A DNA stretch of 64,000 nucleotides from an uncultured delta proteobacterium (GTDB lineage Bacteria; Myxococcota; Kuafuiibacteriia; Kuafuiibacteriales; Kuafuiibacteriaceae): positions 32,001 to 96,000 of the forward strand of contig CAWDML010000015.1 of the NCBI GenBank assembly GCA_963803435.1, in the 5' to 3' direction. The notes under the pieces were generated by a model. The model was not told where the DNA came from, did not search any database, and saw nothing but the letters and a program-made list of their open reading frames with translations. Positions within the stretch are counted from its first letter, which is position 1, and every line of letters starts with the position of its first letter. Shown in pieces: positions 27,737-37,728 of this stretch. Made by a program: the position numbers and the translations under genes.

Positions 27737-30087
27737 CCAAGAGCCCGCTTCACGAACCCCTCCTGCACGAGAGCGGCTATCGCCACGCCTCGGGCGAGGC
27801 CACCTACGTCGACGACATCCCGGCGCCCCGGGGCACGCTGGTGGGCCACCTGGTGGCGTCGCCGATCGCGCGGGGCCGTATCGTGCGCCTCGACGTGGAG
27901 GCTGCGCGGCGGGTCGAAGGCGTCGCGTGCGTGCTCACCGCGGAGGACATCCCGGGCGACAACGACATCGCGCCCTTCACCCACGACGAGCCCCTCCTGG
28001 CCGAGGGCGAGGTGTTCTGCGCCGGCCAGCACGTGGCGCTGGTCGTGGCCGACTCGCTCCGCACCTGTCGCATCGCTGCGGCCGCCGTCGTGCTGGAGCT
28101 GGAGGAGCTCCCCGCGATCCTCGACATCCAGACCGCGATCGCGGAGCGGTCCTTCATCGGTGAGCCGCACGTGATGAAGCGCGGGGACGTGGAGTCGGCG
28201 CTGGAGTCCGCGCACCTGGTGCTGGCCGGAGAGCTCGAGACCGGCGGACAGGATCACTTCTATCTGGAGACCCACTGCGCGCTCTGCGTGCCCGAGGAGA
28301 ACGGCACCTACCGCGTGTTCTCCTCGACGCAGCATCCGACCGAAGTGCAGGCGAAGATCGCCGAGGTTCTCCACCTCGCGCGGAGCCAGGTGATCGTCGA
28401 GACCGCGCGTATGGGCGGCGGCTTCGGCGGCAAGGAGACGCAGGGCGCCCACTTCGGCGCCTTCGCCGCGCTGGGGTCATACTTCACGCGGCGCCCGGTG
28501 AAGGTCTGGTTGAACCGCGATCAGGACATGACGCAGACCGGCAAGCGCCACCCCTGGTACTCGCGCTATCGCGCTGGCTTCGACGCGGACGGGAAGATCG
28601 TCGCCCTCGAGATCGACGGGTGCTCCGACGGGGGCTGGTCCGCGGATCTCTCGCAGGCGATCCGCGATCGATACCTGTTCCACCTCGACAACGCCTACTA
28701 CCTCCCGAACCTCCACTTCGTCGCACGAATCGCGAGGACCAACCGGGTCTCGAACACGGCCTTTCGCGGCTTCGGCGGACCGCAGGGTGTGGTCGTGATC
28801 GAGATGATCCTCAACCGGGCCGCCGAGCGGCTCGGGATCGATCCCGCCGAGGTCCGGCGCGCGAACTACTACGGCGCCGCCCCGCGGGATCGCACGCCGT
28901 ACGATCAGGTGATCGAGGCGCCTCGGCTCCAGCGGATCCACGCAGAGCTGCTGGAGTCGGCGGAGTACGCGCGGCGCCGCGCGGAGGTGGAGGCCTTCAA
29001 CGCCGGCTCACGCTGGCTGAAGCGCGGCATCGCCTACACGCCGGTGAAGTTCGGGATCTCGTTCACGGCCTCGCAGCTCAATCAGGCCGGAGCGTTGGTG
29101 CTGATCTACGCGGACGGCAGCGTCCAGCTCAACCACGGCGGCACCGAGATGGGGCAGGGCCTCTTCACCAAGATGCTGGCCGTCGCGTCCCACGAGCTGG
29201 GCGTGCCCGTCGAACGCATCCGGCTGATGAGCACCGCCACCGACAAGGTGCCGAACACCTCGGCGACCGCCGCCTCGAGCGGGTCCGATCTCAACGGCCA
29301 GGCCGTCAAGCAGGCCTGCGAGATCTTGAAGGACAGGTTGCGCCCGCTGGCCGCCTCGATGATGGGGGTGCCCGCCGAGAACGCCGCTCGGATCGTCTTC
29401 GAGGACGATGCGGCGCGCCTCGGTGATCGAATCGTGGCGTTTCGCGACCTGGTCTTCCGCGCCTGGATGCAGCAGATCTCGCTCTCGAGCACCGGGTACT
29501 ATCGGACCCCCGACATCCACTACGATCCGAAGGTCGGCCGCGGGAAGCCGTTCCACTACTTCGCGTACGGCGGAGCGGTGACAGAGATCGAGATCAACGG
29601 TCTCACCGGCGAGCACCGCCTGAAGCGCGTCGACATCCTCCACGACGTCGGCGATTCGCTGGTCCCGTCGATCGACATCGGGCAGATCGAGGGCGGCTTC
29701 ATCCAGGGCTTCGGGTGGCTCACCTCGGAGGAGGTGGTCTGGGATGGACAGGGGCGGCTCTTGAGCCACTCGCCCGATACTTACAAGGTCCCGGCGATCG
29801 GAGACGCGCCGACCGACCTGCGGGTGAAGCTGCTGGAGGGCGTCCCGCAATCGAACGTCATTCACGGGAGCAAGGCCGTCGGCGAGCCGCCCTTGATGCT
29901 GGCCGTGTCCGCAGTGGCGGCGCTGCGCCAGGCGGTGGGGGCGTTCGCCGCGGACGATCGGGAGGTCGAGCTTTCGATCCCGTGTACGCCCGAAGCCGTG
30001 CTCCGCGCCGTGGAACGCATGCGCAACCCCGATCACGCGGAACGCGTGGATTTGCCACAATTTGCGGCCCGCGAGGATCGGATCTAG
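27733..30087 (+). CDS. xdhB: Xanthine dehydrogenase molybdopterin-binding subunit
   Basis: GQDHFYLE, RMGGGFGGKE, TAFRGFGGPQG, GGTEMGQG, SKAVGEPP; ATGA overlap. Confidence 0.93.
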   Translation: MTKSPLHEPLLHESGYRHASGEATYVDDIPAPRGTLVGHLVASPIARGRIVRLDVEAARRVEGVACVLTAEDIPGDNDIAPFTHDEPLLAEGEVFCAGQHVALVVADSLRTCRIAAAAVVLELEELPAILDIQTAIAERSFIGEPHVMKRGDVESALESAHLVLAGELETGGQDHFYLETHCALCVPEENGTYRVFSSTQHPTEVQAKIAEVLHLARSQVIVETARMGGGFGGKETQGAHFGAFAALGSYFTRRPVKVWLNRDQDMTQTGKRHPWYSRYRAGFDADGKIVALEIDGCSDGGWSADLSQAIRDRYLFHLDNAYYLPNLHFVARIARTNRVSNTAFRGFGGPQGVVVIEMILNRAAERLGIDPAEVRRANYYGAAPRDRTPYDQVIEAPRLQRIHAELLESAEYARRRAEVEAFNAGSRWLKRGIAYTPVKFGISFTASQLNQAGALVLIYADGSVQLNHGGTEMGQGLFTKMLAVASHELGVPVERIRLMSTATDKVPNTSATAASSGSDLNGQAVKQACEILKDRLRPLAASMMGVPAENAARIVFEDDAARLGDRIVAFRDLVFRAWMQQISLSSTGYYRTPDIHYDPKVGRGKPFHYFAYGGAVTEIEINGLTGEHRLKRVDILHDVGDSLVPSIDIGQIEGGFIQGFGWLTSEEVVWDGQGRLLSHSPDTYKVPAIGDAPTDLRVKLLEGVPQSNVIHGSKAVGEPPLMLAVSAVAALRQAVGAFAADDREVELSIPCTPEAVLRAVERMRNPDHAERVDLPQFAAREDRI

Positions 30088-30099
30088 GCTGCCCTCACC

Positions 30100-31671
30100 A
30101 TGGCGGCGGGCCAGCAGCGACTCGGTTCGCTCCTCGTCGAGCTCGGATTCATCGACGACGGACAGCTCGAATCGGCGCTGGACGAACAGGCGCGCTCCGG
30201 GAGCCGCCTGGGCCGGATCCTGGTCGACGCTGCCATCATCACCGAGGACCGGCTGGTGCACGCGCTCTCCCGCCAGCTCGGGATCGAGACCTGCGATCCG
30301 CTCACCACCAACATCCACGAGCGTGTCCTCAAGCTGATCCCGGTGGATCTCGCGTATCGCCATCGCGTGCTCCCGGTGGCGATGAAGAAGGAGGACACGG
30401 GCGAGGTCATCTTCGTCGCCACCTCGGATCCGCTGAACAAGACCGCCCTCTCCGAGATCCGGAGCGCCACCAACAATCGACGTGTCCGCTGGCTGCTGGC
30501 CGGTGAGACCGGGATGGAGATGGCCCTCGCGCGGCACTACGGCACGCCGCCAAAGCGGAGGGTGCAGCCGACACCGCTGCCCGAGGGGACGCCGGTCATC
30601 ACTGGAAAGCCGGTCTCGGCGCCGAAGAGCGGCAGCAGCCGCCCGGCGCCGCGCACGTCGGATCTGTTCATGCTCTCGAGCGACCTGGCCGAGGTCGCCA
30701 AGGAGGCCACCGGCTCGATCGCCATGGACGGGTTCGGGTTCGCGTCGGAGGACCTTCCTCCGATCGAGGTTCCGCCGGAGCTGCTCGCCTCGCCGGACGC
30801 GGCGTTGCAGATCATCGAGGCCGAGATGCCGCGCTCGTCCAACGGCAGCTCCGATCTTCCCGACTTCACCGCGTTCATGACCAGCGAGCAGTCGGAGCCG
30901 TCGCCTTCCCCGCAGCCCGCGGCTCCGCTGGAGGTGGACGACTTCGAGGTCCTCGAGGCCCAACCCGTGGAGGCGGAGGCCGAAGAGGTGGCGCCGCTCG
31001 CGAGCTCTGCGAACGGTCATCGCCCGCTGCCGCCCATGCCGTCGCCGTCGCAGCCGTTCGGCGCCAGCTGGGGTGATCTGGTCGGCAGCGACCTTCTGCT
31101 CCCGTCGGTGTTCCCTTGGCAGCCGGATCCTCCGCCCACCACCGAGACGCCGCGTCCCGAGGACACGCTCGAGGTCGAAGACGACGGCATCGAGGTGGAG
31201 GAGTCGCTCGACCCGATCGAGCCCACCCCGCCGCCCGTTCGCGAAGCCCGCACGATCGAGTCGATCGAGATCGAAGAGCAGGCCGATCCCGACATCATCG
31301 CCGCGCTGGCCGCCCGCGCACGCGAGGTCGCCGACGCCATCGAGGCCCACTCGATGCCGACCGATCCCGGGACGATCGTCGAGAACGAGACGCCCGGCGA
31401 CTCCACCGACGTCAGCACGGTACCCTCGGAGCTCCCGCCCGATCCGGATCAGGAGGACCTCCCCGACGCCTCCGACGCGCTGATCGAGGACGCCACCGAG
31501 ATGGAGGTGACCCGCGCCGCCGTGATGCGCGAGGTGCTCCTCCGCTTCATCGACGACGGCGCGCTGGAGGTGGGACCGCAAGCCATCCTGCGCGTACTGG
31601 CGGCGATCATGGAGAAGGAAGGCCTGCTGTCCGAGGACCGGATCGCGGCTGCGCTCGACGAGAAGGATTGA
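30100..31671 (+). CDS. MshEN/GspE-N domain protein with a long acidic Pro-rich disordered region (no ATPase domain)
   Basis: RLGSLLVELGFIDDGQLESALDEQ..SGSRLGRILV c-di-GMP-binding motif; no Walker A. Confidence 0.8.
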   Translation: MAAGQQRLGSLLVELGFIDDGQLESALDEQARSGSRLGRILVDAAIITEDRLVHALSRQLGIETCDPLTTNIHERVLKLIPVDLAYRHRVLPVAMKKEDTGEVIFVATSDPLNKTALSEIRSATNNRRVRWLLAGETGMEMALARHYGTPPKRRVQPTPLPEGTPVITGKPVSAPKSGSSRPAPRTSDLFMLSSDLAEVAKEATGSIAMDGFGFASEDLPPIEVPPELLASPDAALQIIEAEMPRSSNGSSDLPDFTAFMTSEQSEPSPSPQPAAPLEVDDFEVLEAQPVEAEAEEVAPLASSANGHRPLPPMPSPSQPFGASWGDLVGSDLLLPSVFPWQPDPPPTTETPRPEDTLEVEDDGIEVEESLDPIEPTPPPVREARTIESIEIEEQADPDIIAALAARAREVADAIEAHSMPTDPGTIVENETPGDSTDVSTVPSELPPDPDQEDLPDASDALIEDATEMEVTRAAVMREVLLRFIDDGALEVGPQAILRVLAAIMEKEGLLSEDRIAAALDEKD

Positions 31672-31785
31672 GTCCTGGCCCGCCGATACCGGGGCGCTTG
31701 AGCGGTCCGTGAACCATTCACTTCCTTGGGGCGAGGTGCTTTAGGTCTAACCAGGTAAACCTGAAAGCCCACAGAGACGGCCCCA

Positions 31786-31814
31786 GTCGACAGTCAACGG
31801 TTGAGAGTTCACAG
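31786..31814 (+). repeat. Degenerate 7-mer tandem repeat (4 units), left boundary of cassette 1
   Basis: GTCGACA GTCAACG GTTGAGA GTTCACA. Confidence 0.6.
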
Positions 31815-31823
31815 GGCGCGGAG

Positions 31824-32231
31824 CTATGCGCTCCGTTCGACCTTACCGCGGAGGCCGTTGAGCATGCGGGCGATCTCGTCGAGTTCCGCGCGAATCGGCT
31901 CCGCTGCCTTCGCGGTGACGAGCCCGAGGTCGCGACTCAGGATCAGCAGGTAGTCGACCTCGGCCGCCGAGCCCTCGGCGATGTTGAGGAAGCGAGCGTA
32001 GTCGTAGTTTCGTCGACGCTTCGAGCCCTCCGCGATGTTCGCCGGGATGGAGACCGCGGCGCGTCGGATCTGGGAGACCAGGCCGTAGCGCTCGTCGTCC
32101 GGGAAGCCGGTGGTGAGTCGGTAGATCTGCAGAACGAGCGCATGGCTTCGCTGCCAGACCTTCAAATCGGTGAATCGCTGAAGGGCTGCTCCTGTCGCCT
32201 CGGATCGCGTGGGATGAGAGCACGTCTTCAC
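31824..32231 (-). CDS. Four-helix-bundle protein (23S rRNA IVP / TIGR02436-like)
   Basis: FTDLKVWQRSH...FPDDERYGLVSQIRRAAVSIPANIAEG...FLNIAEGSAAE; start uncertain. Confidence 0.88.
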   Translation of the reverse strand: MKTCSHPTRSEATGAALQRFTDLKVWQRSHALVLQIYRLTTGFPDDERYGLVSQIRRAAVSIPANIAEGSKRRRNYDYARFLNIAEGSAAEVDYLLILSRDLGLVTAKAAEPIRAELDEIARMLNGLRGKVERSA

Positions 32232-32297
32232 GGTGGTTTGGACTCGTTCGGGTGGCCGGAGCTCAACGAACAGGGTTCAGCGCGAGAAGATCACGGG

Positions 32298-33710
32298 ATG
32301 GAGCGGTTCATCGAGCTCTTCGGCCATCTCGTGCACTTCGCGTGCGGCGTGTGGGATCGAATCGTGCTGCGCGGATACTACGAGCGGCCCCAGCGCCCGG
32401 CGAACATCGTGTACTTCTTCCGCGACGTCTGCGGTATCCCGTGCATCACCCCGAAGGTGCTCGCGAAGCGAACGACCGACTACCGCAAGCGGGTGGAGGT
32501 ATACGCGAAGCGGCACGGCATCGAGATCCTGTCGGCGCCGAAGGGCGTGCGGAAGGAGGAGTTCGTGGCGCCCAGCTACCGAGGGAAGAAGGGCGGCGTG
32601 GTGGTGATCTTGAAGAGCATGGAGCAAGGTCCGACATTCATCTCCTACGAGCCGCGCTTCGCCCCCCCGAGCGGCGAGGACTACCGGGTGATCCAGCGGG
32701 CGTCCGGGAAGCAGTTCCTCCACTACTACTTCTACGTGATGGATCCGGTGATGGGCGCGATGAGCCTGCGCGTCGGCACGTACCTGCCTTTCACGCTCGG
32801 CTGCTACATGAACGGGCACTCGTACCTCGCGCAGCAGCTCGCGCGTCGAGGCGTTCGATTCCGCAAGGACGACAACGCGATCATCAGCTGCGCCGATCCC
32901 GCGGTCATGCAACGCCTCGCCGATCGACTCGACCAGCGGATCCTACGACAACGCGCCAACTACTGGGCCAAGCGTCTTGCGCCTCCCTTCAGTCCCGAAG
33001 AGCGGGAGCTGTGCCAGCTCGAGTATCAGTGGTCGGTGGCGCAAATCGAGTACGCGCAGGACATCGTCTTGAAGCGCCGTGGCCCATTGCGAGAGCTCTT
33101 CCGGCGAGCGACCGAGATCGGAGTCGCCCTCGGTGGTTCGACGCAGACGCGGAACATCTTCGGCCGCGCGATCAACCGCCGCCACAACGGCAAGCTGGAG
33201 ACCATGCTCGAGCGTCGCGATGACGGCACCCCGTCCTGCGAGCCTTCTACAAGACCTCCTACGTGAAGCAGTACGAGAAGGGCGACCGTCTGCTGAGGAC
33301 CGAGACCTGTCTCAACGACACCTATCATCTCGACATCGGCCGCAAGATCGAGAACCTCCGGAGGTGAAGGACCGGCTCAGCGTCACCACGGACCGTTATC
33401 TCACTCAGCAGTCGGAGTTGCTCGACTCGACCCTGGACACCGGTGCCTTGGCAGAACTCGCACGACCAATCCTCGTCGGCCGACGCCGCCTCCCCGGGAT
33501 CAAGCTCCACGACGACCGGGTCATCCGCCTCCTCGACACCCTTCTGTACAACGGGGGCCTGCTCGCCGACTGGACGAGCGGCGACGCTCACGCACGGTTG
33601 CTCGAGCGCCATCGGCTGAAGGAGTCCGACTCCACGATCTCGCAGCTCCGCTACGATCTCCGGAAGCTCCGCGCCCACGGCCTTGCCCAGCGCATGGGCC
33701 GCACACGGCT
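32298..33710 (+). pseudogene. Decayed transposase-like / Rep_trans-like mobile-element protein; two frameshifts, 3' truncated
   Basis: WDRIVLRG, HYYFYVMD, NGHSYL, then (frameshift) YVKQYEK...LLRTETCLND, then (frameshift) QLRYDLRKLRAHGL; ends just before the repeat. Confidence 0.6.
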
Positions 33711-33736
33711 CGAGCTGCGCGTCTCGATGCAGAGAT

Positions 33737-33766
33737 CTCTCGACTCTCGACTCTCAACTCTCGACA
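33737..33766 (-). repeat. 7-mer tandem repeat (4 units), inverted relative to 31786-31814; right boundary of cassette 1
   Basis: CTCTCGA CTCTCGA CTCTCAA CTCTCGA; reverse complement GTCGAGA GTTGAGA GTCGAGA GTCGAGA. Confidence 0.7.
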
Positions 33767-33833
33767 GCCCGCATCACCTCGGCGCAGTCCCAGCCTACGG
33801 TGCACGAAACGCCGCTTCGGGTGGGCTACGAGG

Positions 33834-34685
33834 CTAGGCCACGAAGATTGTCCGGCTCTCGAGGACCTGACGGTAACCGAGGCGCTCGTAGATCCGCTTG
33901 GCCACCTCGTTGTCGTCGTTCACCAGCAAGAAGGCGCGGTCGGAGCGTTCGAGCACCCAGCGGGTGATGGCGCCGGTTCCCGCGAGGCCGAGCCCGCGGC
34001 CTCGGTGGGCGGGGAGCGTGTAGATGCCCTCGACCTGTCCGCCCACGGGCGACACCGCCGAGACGTTCGACTTGAACACGACCGTGCCGTCCTCCACGTG
34101 GATGAAGTCGCGGCCGCGCTCCAGGCGCTCCTCGATCCGGGCGCGGAAGAGCTCGGGGTTGCGACCCTGCGGATCGTCGCGCGCCTCCTCGAGCGCCATC
34201 GCGGCGGAGGCGTCGACGATCTGTCCGAGGTAGGCCGGCGTCGCCTGCTCGAGGCGGATGGGCCGGGGCGCGTCCACGAACGTGCGGCGGGTGACCGCGT
34301 AGCCGAGCTGATCGCGGCTGATGCGCGCGACCATGCCGATGGTCTCCAGAAGCTGCCACACGCGGTGGACGACGCTGCGCTCGCCGACGATCACCCGGAT
34401 GGCGTTCGGGTTGCGCTTGCCGATGCGGAGCAGGTCCTCGACGGCCTCGTCGCTGTCGGCGGCCGGGATTACGATGCCGGTCTCGGAGACGTAGACGAGC
34501 CCTCGGAGGGTGCCGTCGGCCAGGTCGCCGAGGAGCCAGGCGCGCGGGGAGCCGCGTTCGTAGGCCAGCCCCCCGTCCTCGATCCACCCTGCGATGTACG
34601 TGCAACGATTGGGATTTTCGTCGCAGAACCCGACGGCCGTGGAGACGTGGCCCGGCCCGAGCTTCACCAGCCGCCCGGCGCTCAT
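33834..34685 (-). CDS. GNAT-family acetyltransferase
   Basis: QVEGIYTLPAHRGRGLG, LLVNDDNEVAKRIYERLGY. Confidence 0.85.
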   Translation of the reverse strand: MSAGRLVKLGPGHVSTAVGFCDENPNRCTYIAGWIEDGGLAYERGSPRAWLLGDLADGTLRGLVYVSETGIVIPAADSDEAVEDLLRIGKRNPNAIRVIVGERSVVHRVWQLLETIGMVARISRDQLGYAVTRRTFVDAPRPIRLEQATPAYLGQIVDASAAMALEEARDDPQGRNPELFRARIEERLERGRDFIHVEDGTVVFKSNVSAVSPVGGQVEGIYTLPAHRGRGLGLAGTGAITRWVLERSDRAFLLVNDDNEVAKRIYERLGYRQVLESRTIFVA

Positions 34686-34752
34686 GCCACGGAAGCTTAC
34701 CACGTCCGAAATGGGCGCAACGAAGTCGTTCCAGCGCCGAAAATAGCCAACG

Positions 34753-35430
34753 ATGCGGCTGTCGCTCGCCCGACCGATCGCTGCGGTCTTCGCGGCCACC
34801 ATCCTCGGGTTTCCCGGGCGCGCGGACGCGGACGATCTCGCCGAGGCGCTCAACTACGCGGCGTCGATCATGGGCGACGACATCGTCGACGGCTACGAGG
34901 ACTTCATGGACTGGGACGAGACCGAGGCGCTCCCCATCCTGCTGGCCGAGAAGGTCGTGATCGGCGAGCCGCCCGAGTACTACGGCGGTGGCTACGGGGC
35001 CGAGTCCCGTTCGCCGTTTCAGAGCCTCGGGACCACGCGGCTCGACTTCGCCAGCCTGCGCCCGTTCATCGAGGAGGCATCGGAGGAGACGGGACTGCCG
35101 GTCGCGCTGATCGACGCCGTCATCCGCACCGAGTCGGGTTATCGCGTCGAGGCCGTCTCGCAGGCCGGGGCCCAGGGCTTGATGCAGCTGCTTCCGGATA
35201 CGTCTGCGTCGGTGGGCGTCACCGATCCGTTCGATCCCCGGCAGAACATCCTCGGGGGCTCGCGCTACCTCCGGCGCATGTACGATCAGTTCGGCTCCCT
35301 CGAGCTCGCGGTGGCCGCCTACAACGCCGGTCCCACCGCGGTGAAGAAGCAGAAGGGCGTCCCGCCGTTCAAGGAGACCCGCCGCTACGTGGCCACCGTG
35401 ATCCGCCGCTATCGCTCCCGCCTTCAGTGA
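34753..35430 (+). CDS. Lytic transglycosylase (SLT domain), exported
   Basis: AVIRTES, GAQGLMQL, AAYNAG, ETRRYV; signal peptide. Confidence 0.9.
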   Translation: MRLSLARPIAAVFAATILGFPGRADADDLAEALNYAASIMGDDIVDGYEDFMDWDETEALPILLAEKVVIGEPPEYYGGGYGAESRSPFQSLGTTRLDFASLRPFIEEASEETGLPVALIDAVIRTESGYRVEAVSQAGAQGLMQLLPDTSASVGVTDPFDPRQNILGGSRYLRRMYDQFGSLELAVAAYNAGPTAVKKQKGVPPFKETRRYVATVIRRYRSRLQ

Positions 35431-36485
35431 GCGGCGCCATCGAGCAGGCGCTCCGCCGGCGCCTCGAAACCGACGAACACCGGCTCGGGTGACAGCGTGA
35501 CGCCGAAGACCGCGCGGACCTTGGCGCGGATCTCGGCGGCGAGCGCGACCAGATCCGCGGCGGTGGCGGCGCCCCGATTCACCAGCGCCAGGCAGTGCCG
35601 CGTCGAGAGCCCCGCCGGCCCCACGCCGTAGCCCTTGGCGAAGCCGGCGTGCTCGATCAGCCAGGCGGCCGACAGCTTCGCCCGCCCTTCGCCGGCGGGA
35701 TGACGCGGAGGAGGGACACCGGCGAGGTGCTCGACCTCGTCGGCGCGCTCGTTGGTCACGATCGGGTTCATGAAGAACGAGCCGGCGCTCATGGTGTTCT
35801 CGTCTCGATCGTCGAGCACCATCGACTTCGAACGCCGGAGCTCGAGGACGGCCCGACGCACGCGCGCAGGATCGTGCGGCGGCGGGCCCAGGCTTCGCGC
35901 CAGCTCGGCGTAGCGGATCTCGGGCTCGCCCTCGGTCCTGAGCTGGAGCTCGACCGACGTGATGATGTAGCGGTCCTTCCAGTCCTCCTTGAAGCGGCTC
36001 CCGCGGTAGGAGAAGTTGCACGCCGAGTGGACGAGGCGCTCCACCGTCTGCGTGGTGCGGTCGAACGCCGTCACCGCGGTGAGCGTCTCGCTGATCTCCT
36101 GACCGTACGCGCCGATGTTCTGGATCGGGGTGGCGCCCAGCCAGCCGGGGATCCCGCTCAGGCACTCGACGCCCAGGAGCCCGCGCGCCACCGCAGCGCC
36201 GACGACCTCGTCCCAGGGGACGCCGGCGCCGGCAAGTATCCGCCCGTCCGGTGTGATCTCGAGGCGTCGATCGCGGTGTCGGACCACCAGTCCGTCGAAG
36301 CCCGCGTCGGAGATCAGCACGTTGCTCCCGCCGCCGAGCACCAGGAGGGGCCGGCCCTCGCGCTCGGCCAGCTCCGCGAGGGTTCTCAGGTCATCGGTGG
36401 TCTCGGCGTCGCTGAGGCCCCAGGCGGGCCCGCCCACGCGGAAGGTCGTGTACGGCGCGAGCGGAACACCGTGCGCGATCTGCAC
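35424..36485 (-). CDS. murB: UDP-N-acetylmuramate dehydrogenase
   Basis: YTTFRVGGPA, LGGGSNVL, QNIGAYG, FSYRGS, SAGSFFMNP, LVNRG, PEP. Confidence 0.93.
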   Translation of the reverse strand: MQIAHGVPLAPYTTFRVGGPAWGLSDAETTDDLRTLAELAEREGRPLLVLGGGSNVLISDAGFDGLVVRHRDRRLEITPDGRILAGAGVPWDEVVGAAVARGLLGVECLSGIPGWLGATPIQNIGAYGQEISETLTAVTAFDRTTQTVERLVHSACNFSYRGSRFKEDWKDRYIITSVELQLRTEGEPEIRYAELARSLGPPPHDPARVRRAVLELRRSKSMVLDDRDENTMSAGSFFMNPIVTNERADEVEHLAGVPPPRHPAGEGRAKLSAAWLIEHAGFAKGYGVGPAGLSTRHCLALVNRGAATAADLVALAAEIRAKVRAVFGVTLSPEPVFVGFEAPAERLLDGAAH

Positions 36486-36558
36486 GCACCGATGGTACCA
36501 CGCGCCGGCTCGACTTGGCCCCTCGCCAACCGCACGCAGGATGCTCTAGCTTCCCTCG

Positions 36559-37728
36559 ATGCCGGACCCACGCTGGACACTCGATCCCGAGATCACCTAC
36601 CTCAACCACGGCTCTTTCGGAGCCTGTCCGCGGGCAATCCTTGAATTGCAAGCAGAGTTGCGCGCCCGGCTCGAGCGCGAGCCGGTGCACTTCATGTTGC
36701 GCGAGATTGGAGCGATGTGGCAGGCCGCTCGCGAGGCGCTGGCCGGCTTCGTCCACGCGGACCCGGACGGGCTGGTCTTCGTCAACAACGCCACCTCCGG
36801 CGTCAACGCGGTCCTCCGCTCGCTCGACTGGAAGCCGGGCGACGAGATCCTGATGCTCGATCACGCCTATGCGGCCTGTTACAACGCGGCCCAGTACGTG
36901 GCGGAGCGCTCGGGCGCCGTCGTGGTGACGGCCCACGTCCCCTTTCCGATCGCGTCTCCCGACGCGGCCTTCGACGCGATCGCGGCCGCTGTCACGCCTC
37001 AGACCAAGGTCGCGGTCATCGACCACATCACGAGCCCGACGGGGCTGGTGCTCCCCATCGAGCGGATCGTTCGTGAGCTCGAGGGGCGGGGCGTCAGCGT
37101 CATCGTGGACGGCGCGCACGCCCCCGGCATGGTCGATCTCCACCTGGAGGCCATCGGCGCGAGCTGGTACACCGGAAACTGCCACAAGTGGCTGTGCACG
37201 CCGAAGGGATCGGCGCTCCTGTGGGTGCGCGCGGACAAGCGCGCCCTCACGCGGCCGCTCGTGATCAGCCACGGGGCCTCGGTCGAGGGGCCGCAGCGCT
37301 TCCACCGCGAGTTCGACTGGGTCGGCACCGACGATCCGACCGCCATGCTCTGCATCCCGAAGGCGATCGAGTGGCTCGGCGGTCAGCTCGAGGGTGGCTG
37401 GACGGCGCTCCGCGCGCGGAACCGCGAGATGGCGATCGCGGCGCGGCGTCTGCTCTGCCAGCGGCTCGCGGTCCAAGCGCCCTGCCCGGAGTCGATGCTC
37501 GGCGCGCTGGCGGCCGTCCCGCTGCCGGACGACCCCGGGCCGAAGCCGGCCGACGGCGAGCTCGATCACCTCCACACCCGTCTGTTCGAGCAGCACCGGG
37601 TCGAGGTGCCCATCGTCGCCTGGCCCCGGCATCCCAAGCGGCTGGTCCGGGTCTCCGCGCAGCTCTACAACCGCATCGAGGACTACGAGGTGCTGGCGGG
37701 CGCGCTCGACGAAGCGCTGCGGGCGTGA
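36559..37728 (+). CDS. Class V PLP-dependent enzyme (isopenicillin N epimerase / C-S lyase-like)
   Basis: YLNHGSFGACP, DHITSPT, DGAHAPG, GNCHKW. Confidence 0.85.
   Translation: MPDPRWTLDPEITYLNHGSFGACPRAILELQAELRARLEREPVHFMLREIGAMWQAAREALAGFVHADPDGLVFVNNATSGVNAVLRSLDWKPGDEILMLDHAYAACYNAAQYVAERSGAVVVTAHVPFPIASPDAAFDAIAAAVTPQTKVAVIDHITSPTGLVLPIERIVRELEGRGVSVIVDGAHAPGMVDLHLEAIGASWYTGNCHKWLCTPKGSALLWVRADKRALTRPLVISHGASVEGPQRFHREFDWVGTDDPTAMLCIPKAIEWLGGQLEGGWTALRARNREMAIAARRLLCQRLAVQAPCPESMLGALAAVPLPDDPGPKPADGELDHLHTRLFEQHRVEVPIVAWPRHPKRLVRVSAQLYNRIEDYEVLAGALDEALRA

Noticed and set aside
33790-33830. GTAG-type REP-like ends (CCCAGCCTAC, GGTGGGCTAC)
   Set aside because: Degenerate, no clean palindrome and no RAYT gene nearby; too weak to call
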